Source of the DNA: Azolla caroliniana
Lineage: Eukaryota; Plantae; Polypodiophyta
Reading direction: 5' to 3'
DNA: 64,000 bases
Assembly: GCA_043228905.1 (NCBI GenBank)
Contig: JBHGNT010000010.1
Location: 12,090,001-12,154,000, forward strand
Shown: in pieces, positions 25,101 to 37,730 of the stretch
Numbering within the stretch: the stretch's first letter is position 1
Layout of the letters: each line of letters starts with the position of its first letter
Notes under the pieces: generated by a model
What the model was told of the DNA's origin: nothing
The model's input: the letters and a program-made list of their open reading frames with translations, nothing else
The model's database searches: none
Translations under genes and position numbers: made by a program

Positions 25101-28100
25101 AGGCTTCTTACAAGAGGTAAAGAGAGCTTCAGCTTTGATGAGCTAATCTCCCTTCTCTTATTAGAATCTCAATCTCGAGCAAATCAGGATGTTCTTAATA
25201 GTGGTGATCAAGCTTTTGATACCTCTTCTAAGTCCAAAGGCCAAAAAGGACGAAAACAAAATAACCTTCCTTCTAAAGGCAATCATGCCTCAACTTCCCA
25301 TGAGGAGAAGAAGAAGAAAAGGTGCAATTATTGTCGTAAACCAGGCCATGACATTAGCGAATGTCGAAAAAGGAAAGCTAGTGAAGAGAAAAAAAAATTG
25401 TCTGGTCTTAATGTTACCACCTCTACTGGTACGAAGGTAGAAGCACACATTGCTTAACATGAGTGGGCATTCTTGATACATACAATGTATGATCCCTCAA
25501 AGGATGACGCATATTTATCAATAAGTGACTGTAAGGATGCTTGCTATTTTGATAGCGGTGCTTCTAAACACATAACTTCTTGCAAAAATTTCTGTCACAC
25601 TTAAAGATGCTTGTCATAAGGAGAACACCGATACTTGTGCCAATAATGCTTCTTACATCATAAAAGGCATTGGTCAAGTTCATATTACAATTGTCAATGG
25701 GGATGTAGTCACCTTGAACAATATTCTCTATGTCCCTGGCATAAAGAAAAACCATTTTTCTGTTTCTGCCATTGCTAAGCATGGATACCCTTGTTGGGAA
25801 TAAAGGGCCATCGTGCCTTTTATTAGTGCACAAGTGTGAATGCACTCGTAGCACACTTTTGACTTGTACATACATAATATCTAAAACCAAAAAAGAGGTA
25901 CACTCTTTGTACCCAAGACAACGTGCATCCCTTTGTCTCTCACTTCGACTCTCTCCCTCTCTGTTTTTGACCTAAACCCTAATCCTCGTACTGCCTTCAA
26001 ACTGGTATTAGAGCAGAGTTTAGGGTTTTCTACAGAGCAAGTTTGGTCCTTCGTTTGGGCTAAGAAATCATGACTAGCAGCAGTGACAGTAGCCACCTTA
26101 TGCACATCAAGAAGCTTGAGGGTGCACATAACTTTGCGGTTTGGAAAAAGCAATGCTACAACATCCTGTTGTAGAAGAAGCATGCATAGCCTATTAAAGT
26201 CAAAGGGGTAAAGCCTACAGATATGGACCAAGATGATTGGCAAGAGTTGAACGAGCTTGCACGCTCGACTATTGAGTTATCGATTTATGATGCCTTGCTG
26301 TTTAATATTGAAGGTTTGGACTGTGCCTATTCTATATGGACTAGACTAGAGGAACTGTATGCCCAAAAGACGACAGCTAGCAAAGTTTATTGGCTTAAGA
26401 AACTTATGGATTTGCGCATGACAAAGGGCACACCCATGTCAACTCACTTGAGTGAGTTCAATTCCATTTTCAGCCAGCTGGTTGCCTTGAAATTCATCAT
26501 TGATTATGAGTTTAAGGCCACGTTTTTACTTTGCACCTTGCCAGAAAGTTGGGATACTTTCAGGACTGCTATCAGCAATTCAAATGCGATGCTTCTTTAT
26601 GCCGATGTAGAGATTTCTCTACTCATGGAAGAGATGAGTCGACAAAACAATGCATCCAATAAGTCCTCTAGTGCGTTGCATATGAGGGGTAGGTCACAAC
26701 AAAGAGGCAAATCTGATAGTTATGGCCGTAATAAATCACGTGGTAAAGATGTAGAATGCCATCACTGTGGCAAAAGGGGTCACTTTAAACATGATTGTTT
26801 CAAATGGAAGAAAGAGAAAGGAAAGGGCACGAAGATAGATGATTTCATAGAAGAAAAGAGAGAAATTCAACCGAGGAAAGGCAATACTAAAATTGAAGAG
26901 GTGAATGTAGTCACTCATGATAGTGATAGTGGAAATGATGTACTCTTTGTTTCATCATGCCATAGAGAACATGCTTTACTTGCAAATACGGATGGTGACA
27001 TGCACACTTGGATACTCGATTCCGGTGCTTCTTTTCACGTCACCCCTCATCGTGAGTGGTTTTCAGATTACACAGCGGGTCGACATGGTGTTGTCCATCT
27101 TGGGGACAACTATGCATGTGAAATTGCAGGTATTGGCCCTATGCAATTATAGTTTCAGCATGGTTCTGATTTCACACTTCAGCATGTACGGCATGTACCT
27201 CAGCTCAAGAAGAGCTTGATTAGCACAGAACAGCTAGATGATGATGGATTTCACACAACATTCGGTGATGGGAAATGGAAGATTTGTAAGGGATCTAGAG
27301 TTATGGCCAAGGGTAGTAAAAGTGATGCTTTGTATCCTCTCCATGTATCTAGTGTGAGTGACCATGTTGTTGCCATAACCGAGCAACCTAGTGTTTCTTT
27401 GTGGCATGGCCGGTTGGGACACATGAGTGAAACTGGTATGAAAGTATTGTCTCGTTTGGGTTACTTGCCATGTCTTCGTTATGCTGATTTTGAACATTGT
27501 GATCATTGCATTTATGGTAAACATGTACAAACATCTCATAAAAAGTCTCTTTTGCTGAAGTCGTCCCCGCTTGAGTTAGTACATTCAGATGTATGTCAAA
27601 TGCCAAGGCTATCATTAGGCGGAAAGAAATACTTAGTCACTTTTGTCGATGATGCTACATGGAAGGTATGGGTTTACCCTATTCGTAGCAAGGATGAAGT
27701 GCTCGACAAGTTTCGAACATTTTTGGCATTAGTTGAGAATCAAATTGATAAGACACTTAAGTGTCTTCGATCTGACAATGGTGGGGAATATGTGTCCAAG
27801 GCCTTTCAAGCATTTTGTGACAGCAAAGGGACAAAGAGGGAACTCGCTGCCCCTTATAATCCACCCCAAAATAGAGTTGCAGAGCGTATGAATCGAACTA
27901 TTCAAGATAAGGTCCGTACAATGCTGTCTCATGCTGCGTTAACCCATGGTTTTTGGGCAGAGGCTGTTATTATAACAGCTGTTCACTTGATTAATCGGTC
28001 ACCTAACAAGTCTTTGGGAGGGGGAATACCCCAAGAAGCGTGGTCGGGCAAACCACCTTCATATGCTCACTTGAGAGTGTTTGGCTGTGAGGCTTTTGTG

Positions 28101-31100
28101 CACATTCGTAAGGAAGAACGCAACAAACTTGAGCCAAAGTCCTGCAAATGTATTTTTCTAGGATACGAGGACAAGGGTGAAATGTGTTAGATATAATCAA
28201 TGATCAGCCCCAAGTTGTAAATCTATCCCCATATGTGCTCTTAGAGTGCACATTTTGTGATAGCGCCCCAAATGAGGAGCGGCTAGTGTGCAACTCGACC
28301 ATATGGGTCGATAAAGTGTTAATGCGTAGGACACAATGTATTTAGGAAAGAGAGAAATAGGTAATAGGATTGGCTAATCAAGTCAACTAGAATATTTTGT
28401 GGGCAAGTTACGATGTACTTAGTCTTGAAGTATGCGTCATTGACTTCAAGATAAGTACTATCTAGCACTAGCCTGTACCTAGGGAGTTTGTCATATTAAA
28501 TGACAAGTTAGTTGACAAAAAAGGAATATCTCCACTACTATCAACTGACTTGCACATTTAATGTTATACTTAGAACAAACATAGAAAGCAACCCACTTTC
28601 CTTTCACAGTGGTTGGCTTGATTATCAGTCCCCACTAATTTTGTAGTGAGCTGGTCCATATCCTATCTAAGCTCTAAGGTGTGACTGCATGGGAAAACTA
28701 CCTCGTATGTAATAGAAGTTTTGTTTTCATATATCCCATCTCTATAGTTGTAACTCTATATACCTATCTAATCGATTCTCAATATTTCTAACAAAATGGG
28801 GTCAGAGCTGAGAGGTTGATCTAGATTAGGTATATACGGGCAGTTGCTGTCTAGCAGCACAGAGAAATAGAGAGAGAGAGAGAGAGAGAGTATCAATGGC
28901 TTTGTCCACGAATGTTGCAGCTGCTCCATTGCGCATTCGCCCACCTCCATTGTCTGATGGAAAGCTAGATGGAACCAACTACACTCTATGGAAGTTCAAA
29001 ATGTCTGCCATTTTGGACTCCTACGAGTTGTTGGAGACAATCATGGGACCCACAAGAGGAGACCATGAGCCCATGACGACCTTTGACCCTGCACACCCTA
29101 CCACATCAATCCCTCCAAATGCTGATCTACTTCGAGCCTGGAAGAGAAGGAATGTTGATGCGCTGTGTACCATAGTCACTAGTGTATGTGACTCTGTACT
29201 AACATTAGTGCAACATACAACCAAGGCACATGAAGCTTGGAGCATATTGGCCAGTCAGTATGAGACCAGAAACTATACTAGGATACAAAACCTTGAAAAT
29301 CAGCTTTCTGCAGAGAAGCTTGCTGATGGAGAGAAAGTAGAATCCTTTGTAAAAAGGATTAAGGATCTTCAAGATCAGCTGGCGGCTGTTGGAGTAGTCG
29401 TCTCTCAAGAGGATATGGCTCATCGGTGCATTTGAGTACTTCCTTTCAAGTATGATGGCATTGTGACAACATTGAACACTCAGGTTCGACCCACTCCTTT
29501 AAAATTTGATGAACTAAGTGTGATGCTGCTTGAAGAGGAGCTTCAGCTGAAGACAAGAGAAGGGAAGATTCGGCATTTGTCTCTAGGACTAAGGGTAAAG
29601 GAGCATCCAATTCAAACAATGTGAATAGGATACCAAAGAAGAAGTTCAATGGATCGTGTTTCTATTGTGACAAGAAGGGTCACACAATCAAGGATTGTCG
29701 GAAGAAGATGGCGGACGAGAAGAATGGTTCTAGTAAGACCTCTTGGAGAGAGCCCGAGTCCGCCAACAACGTCGTAGATGAGCTTGAGTTATGGGTCGCA
29801 ACTGAAGAAGTGTGTTCTTTAGTTGATACCCAAGTTGTCGACGACTCTTGGATTCTCAATAGTGGAGCATCCCGACATATGACCAGTAATCATGACTGGT
29901 ATAGCTCTTGGACACCTCTACAAGAGCCCATCAATGTTGTGGTCGGGAACAATGCTCGATGTCCAGCCAAAGGAACCGGAACCATCTCCCTCAAAGCAAC
30001 GACCGGCAGGACAAAGCATCTCTCTCAAGTGTTGTATGTGCCAGATCTCAAGAAGAATCTATTGTCCATATTTCTGCACTGACCGACAAGGGTCTTGATG
30101 TTCGATTCAAGGAGTCGGGTGCAGAAATAACATATTCTGCTGGCAAGGTTGTAGGAATAGGTGTAAGGCGCAACAATCTCTATGAGCTGAGCGCACTTAC
30201 CATTTCTACTGACCACAGCACAAGTACTAACACAAAGCAATGGCATGAGAGATTTGGGCATCTCAATGTTGCTGTGTTGAAGGAGATGAAGAAGTCGAAT
30301 ATGGTAGTTGGGTTGCCAACCCTATCTGACTTAAGTCATGTTTGTGATGCTTGTATGATGGGCAAGCATCAAAGATCAGCTATTCCAAAAGAGAGTCAAA
30401 ATCGGACAAAGACTCCTCTACAGCTAATACACATCAACCTCTCTGGAAAAATGGTGACTCCTGCAATGGGTGGATCTCTCTACTATATGCTGCTAGTCGA
30501 CGACTTCAGTAGAAAGATGTGGGTTTACTTCCTTTGGGAGAAGGCTGAAGCTTTTAAAATCTTCAAAAGATGGCATAAGTTTGTTGAGCAAGAATCCGGA
30601 AAGTTAGTGAAGGAGTTACACTCTGATCGAGGTGGAGAATTCTTATCAATAGAATTCTGTGAGTATTGCAAAGAGCATGGAATTAAGCGCCAACTTACAA
30701 CTGCCTATACCCCACAACAAAATGGTGTTGTCGAACGTCGAAACCGAACAGTTGTCGAGATGGCTAGGTGTATGTTGAAGGCACAAGCACTACTTGACCC
30801 ATTCTGGGCTAAAGCAGTGAATACAGCAGTTTACATCCTCAATCAGAGCTACACGAAGGCACTTCAAGGGAAAACACCCCACGAAGCTTATTCAGGCAAG
30901 AAACCTTCAGTGCTGCACTTCAGAACCTTTGGGTGTACGTGCTACGCACATGTTCCAGATGTGAGCAGAGAGAAGTTGGATGCTAAAAGCAAGAAGTGTA
31001 TCTTTCTCGGACATAGTGAAGAGTCAAAGGCCTATCTACTCTACGATCCAGAGGCAAGAAAGATATTGACAAGCCGCGATGTGGTGTTTGATGAAGAACA

Positions 31101-34100
31101 ACCACAGCTAGCTGAGAACAACGATTCTCAAGTTATCTCATCAACTGAAGAGGTATTTTACCCAATCCCGATCCATTGTCCAGAAAAGGAAGCTGAACCA
31201 TCTGATGGTAATGGCTCACTAGTTCAGCCTATGCCAGTCCCACATGTAAAGAAAATACCTAAGTGGGCTCAACAATTCTTCAATGACCGTACTCCTAAAG
31301 TTGAGTTTCCTGAAACTTCAACTGATGGATTACGAAGATCAAGAAGAATACAGGAGCAAGGGAGAACCTCTGACCACATTGTCAACATGGCTCTGATGGT
31401 GGACATCATCGGCTCAGTGAGTGAGCCGACCTCGGTGGAAGAAGCCATGGCCAACCCGAAGTGGAAAGAGGCGATGATATCAGAATATGATAGCATCATG
31501 AAAAATGACACATGGGAGTTGGTAGAGAGGCCAACAAAGAAGAAGGTGATAGGCACGAAGTCGGTGTGTAAAGTAAAGTATAAAGCTGATGGTTCTTTGG
31601 AGAAATTCAAGGCCAAGCTAGTAGCCCAAGGATACTCCCAAATTGAAGGGTTCGATGTACAAGAAACATTTGCCCCGACAGCTCGCATGACAACAATTCG
31701 AATGGTCATAGCGTTGGCCGCTTCAAGAGGATGGCCGATTTACCAAATGGATGTCAAATCGGCATTTCTGAATGGGCATCTCAAGGAGGAGGTATACGTG
31801 ATGCAACCACCGGGGTTTGAGATGCTGAATTCAGAAAACAAAGTATGCAAGCTGAAGAAGGCGTTGTATGGTCTAAAGCAAGCACCAAGAGCTTGGAACA
31901 AGAGGATAGACAGCTTCTTACAATCAATTGACTTTAAGCAATGTGCTTCAAATGCAAGTATGTATGTCAAAATGAAGGACGGGAAACAAGTCATCCTCAT
32001 CATTTACGTGGATGACCTAGTTCTTACTGGTGACCATGAAGAGTGCATTGGCCAAACACGAGTGTTTGAAAACTGAGTTTGAAATGACAGACTTGGGGAT
32101 TCTACACTACTTCCTTGGAATTGAGGTTTGGCAAACTTCAGTTGGCATCTTCATGTCACAAAGAAAGTATGCAACAGAGATCTTGAAGACCTTTGGGATG
32201 ATGGACAGCAAGTTGAAGTCAACTCCAATGGAGTCAAACTGCAAACTATCCCAAGAAGACGCATCACCAATGGTTGACATAAGGAAGTATAGACAACTAG
32301 TAGGAAGTCTAATTTTCCTATGCAACACTAGGCCGGATATTTGTTTTGCAGTCAGTGTGGTGAGTCGATTCAGCAACAAGCTGAAGGAGACTCATTGGAA
32401 AGCTGCTCTTCGTGTATTAAAGTACATTGTGGGTACTTTAAATTACGGAATCTTCTACAAGCCGACAATTGACGAACTTAGTGGGTATTGCGACTCCGAC
32501 TGGGCTGGAGATAGTGATTCCAGAAAATCAGTTTCTGGATATTGTTTTTCAATAAGTTCTGGCGTTGTTTCATGGAGTAGTAAAAAACAACCAACAGTGG
32601 CACTATCTTCAACGGAGGCAAAATACAAAGCAACATACATAGCGGCATGCGAGGTAGTTTGGCTAAGAAGAATCCTTACGGATGTGGCATTTCCAATAAG
32701 GACGGCAACGGTATTGAGGTGTGACAATCAGAGTTGCATGGCCATTGCCAAGAACCCCGTATTTCATGCACGTACTAAACACATAGAGATTCAATATCAC
32801 TATGTGCGGGAGCTAATAAATGATGAGACTGTGGAGCTTGAGTATTGTCCGACATCAGAAAATGATGCGGATATCTTCACAAAGGCGCTTGGAGCGGAAT
32901 AGTTACAACAACACCTTCGACGACTAGGAGTTGGCCCAATTCCAAGTGAACTCAATGGGTTGATCATTGAGGGGGCATGTTAGATATAATCAATGATCAG
33001 CCCCAAGTTGTAAATCTATCCCCATATGTGCTCTTAGAGTGCACATTTTGTGATAGCGCCCCAAATGAGGAGCGGCTAGTGTGCAACTCGACCATATGGG
33101 TAGATAAGGTGTTAATCTACGAAACCGTAGATGCGTAGGACACAATGTATTTAGGAAAGAGAGAAATAGGTAATAGGATTGGCTAATCAAGTCAACTAGA
33201 ATATTTTGTGGGAAGTTACGATGTACTTAGTCTTGAAGTATGCGTCATTGACTTCAAGATAAGTACTATCTAGCACTAGCCTATACCTAGGGAGTTGGTC
33301 ATATTAAATGACAAGTCAGTTGACAAAAAAGGAATATCTCCACTACTATCAACTAACTTGCACATTTAATGTTATACTTAGACCAAACATAGAAAGCAAT
33401 CCACTTTCCTTTCACAGTGGTTGGCTTGATTATCAGTCCCCACTAATTTTGTAGTGAGCTGGTCCATATCCTATCTAAGCTCTAAGGTGTGAGTGCATGG
33501 GAAAACTACCATTGTGAGCTACTCTCGTATGTAATAGAAGTTTTGTTTTCATATATCCCATCTCTATAGTTGTAACTCTATATACCTATCTAATCAATTC
33601 TCAATATTTCTAACAAAATGGGGTATAGATTTGCTTTGGAAAGCAAAAGGCATCTGTCGTTGGTTTTAAGGATGCCACGCGGACTACAGAAAGTCTACTT
33701 CTGGGTATGTGTTTACTTTCATAGGAGGAGCAATCTTTTGGATCTCCAGACTACAGAAGTGTGTTGCATTGTCTACTGCAGAGGCAGAGTATGTTGCTGC
33801 CACTGAGGCATGCAAGGAGGCTTTATGGCTTTCATATCTAGTGAGAGATCTTGGCATTACAGAGTTACCTATTCTTCATTGTGACAGTCAGAGTGCTATC
33901 ATGCTAGCTCGGAATCCCGTCTTTCATGCAAAGACGAAGCACATACAAGTGAAGTATCACTTCATCAGAGATGTACTTGACAGCAAGAACATTGAGCTTG
34001 TCAAAGTATATACAAATAATAATCCTGCAGATCTTCTCACGAAGGGTCTTCCAGCTGAGCGATTTGCTCATTGCCGACAGATGATGGGAGTTAGATAGAT

Positions 34101-35281
34101 GTATGTAGTTCAGCTTTGTACATACTTGAACTTAGCTGACTTTTTTCTTTCTTTTTTTCTCGCGGCACATTGCCTTTAGGTGGGAGGTTGTTGGGAATAA
34201 AGGGCCATTGTGCCTTTTATTAGTGCATGAGTGTGACCGCACTCGTAGCGCATTTTTTACTTGTATATACATAATATCTAAAAACCAAAAAAGTGGTACA
34301 CTCTTTGTACCCAAGATAGCGTGCATCTCTCTCACTCTCTCCCTTTGTCTCTCACTCAGACTCTTTCCCTCTTTGGTTGACCTAAACCCTAATCCTCATG
34401 CTGCCCTTCAAAGTGCATTTATGTAGGACCTCCACTAAAGTGACTTGACAAGGTACAATTTTCTCATGATGGCACACATGCCGATCCTTAGACCAAAGAG
34501 TGTGCATAAGTGTGAACATCCAATCATATAGTTGTGCCTTAGAAAAACACTTTAGGTTAGGACATACATAAAGCCACGTTAAGTTATAACGTCAGCAAAT
34601 ATGAGTGAGCTAATATATTCTTTTTGAAGCGGTAACATGTGACAGCATTAGCAACTCTTGCTTTATACATACTCTTCGCTGGTGCATTTGTGGTGCTAGA
34701 AGTTGTAAATGTGGCAAAGAATGAGCATGATAAGTCAATTCCAAAACCTCTATAGCAGTGCATATCATGTTCTTTGAGATATATACACCATATCATATTC
34801 AATAACAACTGTAAGACTGTATCGCCAAGGACCCATGCAGCTAGTACAATTTATTGTGGAGAGTTTCTGGTATTGCTACATGGAAACCAACTCTTGTTTT
34901 CTATATCCAGATTGACATGAAGGAAATTTCGTAAATGTGTTTTACATTCCAAGCACTCAACTTCATATATCTCTTTGACTATTTCACATTGGAGAAAAAG
35001 TAAAAAAGACATATATAGCCATAATTTGTAATGATACGTGGCATTATTCAAGGACAATTGCCAACAAACTTATGATCCCAACAGAAAATATAGCTGGGCT
35101 TCCAGTTACTTTCTATTCTATACACATAAACTATTTCCTAGTTGATATTATTATGCTAATGTAATGAATGTACAACACGGAATACAGAATGCACAAATCT
35201 CACAAAAATATGTGAATCCAGACATTGAACACGAACAGAGAGAACATACGATGCTACATTATTCCCGATTCTAATATCCAT

Positions 35282-35357
<76 letters not shown>

Positions 35358-36087
35358 ACTCCAAAAATTAGGAAGATAAGAAAAACTGAGCTTTTGATAC
35401 CTGTTGAGAGACATAGACATAGAAGAAAGAAATCCACCACCAATGTTTGGGATACTTGTCTCTCATCTGAGCGAAGCGCCAATCTTCTCGCTCGCCCCAC
35501 TGCCACTTCTCCCTCCGAAAGTAGGAATGAGTGAGACGGATGCTCCAAAGCCAAGTCAAAGCAATGACGACCCGAGATCGAATGGGGTCGCTTTTGGATC
35601 GAGGGTGCAAAGCATAGAAATGCGCCATGAAAAGAGGCAAGAAGGTCCAATAGGGATCTATGAGCTATTAATATGCACAAGAAAATGCAAATGGGACATT
35701 AGACCCTAACATAGTGCAAAGGAAGATAATTGGCGCTGAGCACAAGAAGCAGAGGTTTCTTCTCTCACTTACCCATGTGCTGCGCTGAAAGAGACTGATG
35801 AGCCAGAAGAGGACGTCCACGTTGAGGAAGAAGAGGAGATTGAGGAGTGCAACGGGATGCTGAGAAGAAGACCAGTGGCAGACGCGGTCCCCCCAAGTAA
35901 CAGGAGCAGCAGTATTGTTGTTGTTGTTAGAAGAAGAAGAAGAAGAAGAATTGATCCGGCAGTTAGAGAGGAAGGCGGCGTAGAAGGCGATGGAAGGCAG
36001 TGGAACGAGGGCAGCCAGCAGGGCATTGCCGCAGTTTCTGCTTCTGCTTCTGCTTCTGCTTCCGCTTCCGCTTCTGTCGCCGCCCAT
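19149..36087 (-). CDS. DUF1295 / steroid 5-alpha-reductase-like membrane protein, about 352 aa; exons 36087-35773, 35664-35401, 19628-19149
   Basis: Spliced in phase 0 at GT-AG sites: LNLLFFLNVDVLFWLISLFQRSTW|LIDPYWTFLP...WSIRLTHSYFRREKWQWGEREDWRF...YVSQQ|CFLVGICLP...SDTQL...GLWYYSRHPNYFGEQLWWW; no internal stops. Confidence 0.9.
19733..21399 (+). mobile_element. Decayed copia RT/RNase H with PPT and 3' LTR (21056-21399)
   Basis: LYVDDLL, MADLGLLNYFLGMEI, TRPDLSY, HDRTKHIEVRCHFV; GAGAGGAGG then TGTTG...TCTAACA. Confidence 0.85.
21450..22500 (-). mobile_element. Highly decayed Ty3/gypsy gag-protease remnant
   Basis: IETGAHANFITPDLATKL resembles the retropepsin DSGA.HNFI motif; adjacent retrotransposon-gag-like fragment FSGVQDTLNALTFIQQFDAA. 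Confidence 0.5.
23468..23895. mobile_element. Solo-LTR-like dispersed repeat (second copy at 58177-58612)
   Basis: TGT...AACA ends; long shared blocks (GTCCCATACCA, ACAAGAGTTTGTTCA, CCCCAAGCAAGTTCACACTTGGCC, GGGTTGTCTCAAT) with the 58.2-58.6 kb copy; no TSD found. Confidence 0.65.
24519..25791 (+). mobile_element. Copia gag-protease fragment, cut off by the next element
   Basis: KLDGTNYPMWAYMM; zinc knuckle CNYCRKPGHDISEC; YFDSGASKHIT. Confidence 0.85.
25792..34410 (+). mobile_element. Ty1/copia element (LTRs 25792-25999 and 34189-34410), RT internally deleted, hosting a nested copia
   Basis: Paired LTRs TGTTGGGAATAAAGGGCC...CTTCA; PBS at 26003; gag/protease 26223-27152, integrase 27216-28184, then directly RNase H (33630-34098). 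Flanks ACCCT/AAGTG do not form a TSD. Confidence 0.9.
28185..33615 (+). mobile_element. Full-length nested Ty1/copia retrotransposon (LTRs 28185-28793 and 32978-33615), mildly decayed
   Basis: TSD AAATG (28180-28184, 33616-33620); PPT GAGGGGGC; gag, CCHC knuckle, protease, integrase, RT (IYVDDL), RNase H with a few stops and frameshifts. Confidence 0.95.
35284..35354. repeat. (TG)n microsatellite near the 5' end of DUF1295 intron 2
   Basis: Uninterrupted TG dinucleotide run. Confidence 0.95.
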
Positions 36088-36677
36088 CGTCGCCTTCTTC
36101 TTCGATTCCTTCTTCCTCCTTCCTCTTCCTCTTCCTCTTCCTTCACCATCTCCTTCTCTCTGTCTTCTTCAATTTATGTATGTACATACTTTACATGTTA
36201 CTTGGCAAGCCCCATACCCATGGGCCATATAACAACCCTTGACCCAAGGGGATAAATAGAGCCATCACACACCATCTTTACGAAACATTAAAGAGATCAT
36301 TCATAATAATATGCATGGGCTAGGCTATTTATTTAATGCCCAATGACGATGACATGTGTCTTTTTCAATTGTTCTCACAAGTTCTCTCTCTAGACATAAT
36401 GCATTATGAATACATGCACCATTAGTTGATGAGCTTTTAGATATCCAAAGCCAATCACAATCTCAAAGTTATCGTTATGTTAAGATGTGACAACTCAAGG
36501 ATGGGCATATACATCATCCATGTCAATCTCATTCATTTTTTTATTCAAGCACTATGTCTTGCCTATGCCTGATCCAATATAGGCACACATGAAGCAAGGG
36601 GATGAATTTATTGTGGACCAAATTATTATAATTATAATATGTGTTTATTTCTTTAGGATTCTCTTGGCCCCCATTAT

Positions 36678-37673
36678 TTATGATAATGAGGTGGTTTGAT
36701 TCATCGGTCCTTGGAAGGCATTAATGTGCTCCGCCATGCTAGAGCCATCTTGATACCGAAGTCTCATGATTTTCCTGAAAACAAAGACTCTGTTCACAAC
36801 GTTCTTGTTCTCGAACATTATGCCAATCTTCTTCCAAAGGACGTCGGCACTTGTCTCTTCATCAGAGTTGTTGTATAGACTCATGTCTATAAAACACCTT
36901 ATATATGTCGCCGCCTTCAGATGCATGACTTCCCATGTCGATGTATTGATCTTGTCCAGTCTTTTATCTCCGAACTGCACCGACAACAAGAGGTCTTTGC
37001 ACACAAGCATGTCTCTCATCTTCGACTTCCACACCGAGTAGTTGGAGTCGGTTAACTTGATCATGTCGTCGAACGAGTCTTCCATCGCTCTGATACCAAT
37101 TTGTTGAGAATCGACCGGCCACAACCGGTTTCACGTATGTGTTCCAATGCACATAAAAACGAGCAGGGTAATGCACAAACATAAACGAGGGGTAGAAACG
37201 AAAAACAAAAAGAATAGAGACACAAATATTTAACGTGGAAACCCGAACTGGGAAAAACCGTGGGGGTCCACAAACCCCAAGAAACATATCACTATGATAG
37301 AAGAGAAGTACAAATATGAAACTCGAAGGAAACGACCTCGAGTTCTCCTTCGTCTGACAGACGGCTAGAGAGTAACACTCTCACTTTCACTCTCTCTCGC
37401 TCAAAGTTACAGAGGCAACTACCTCGTTCTAACTATACAACAATAATGACCATCACCTTCTCATAAAGTTTTCCCTAGTGATATTTATACATATACAACT
37501 TTCTGGCTATTTACATACATAGCCCACAAAAGGGCACATTTGGACTATTTACAAATATAGTGTTCCTAATCGGCTATTAAATCGATTTCGATCTCTGCCT
37601 CGGCTGAATTACACTTGTGTCCTCGATTCAGTTCGTTCTCTTCTTCCCATCCGGAGGGACATGTTTCCCAACA
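36678..37673 (-). mobile_element. Copia 5' fragment: LTR (37102-37673), PBS, start of gag
   Basis: PBS TGGTATCAGAGC at 37087-37098; MIKLTDSNYSVWKSKMRDMLVCKDL; truncated at about 36680. Confidence 0.88.
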
Positions 37674-37730
37674 CTTTGTAACCTTCATCGAGTAAAGAAT
37701 CGAGAGAGATTTAGTGCAACGAAAGATCAC

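Noticed and set aside
13575-37673. Single copia (5' LTR 37102-37673, 3' LTR ending 14534) that captured the DUF1295 gene
   Set aside because: The LTRs are clearly diverged, no TSD was found and the gene keeps its introns; independent copies of one family are more likely.
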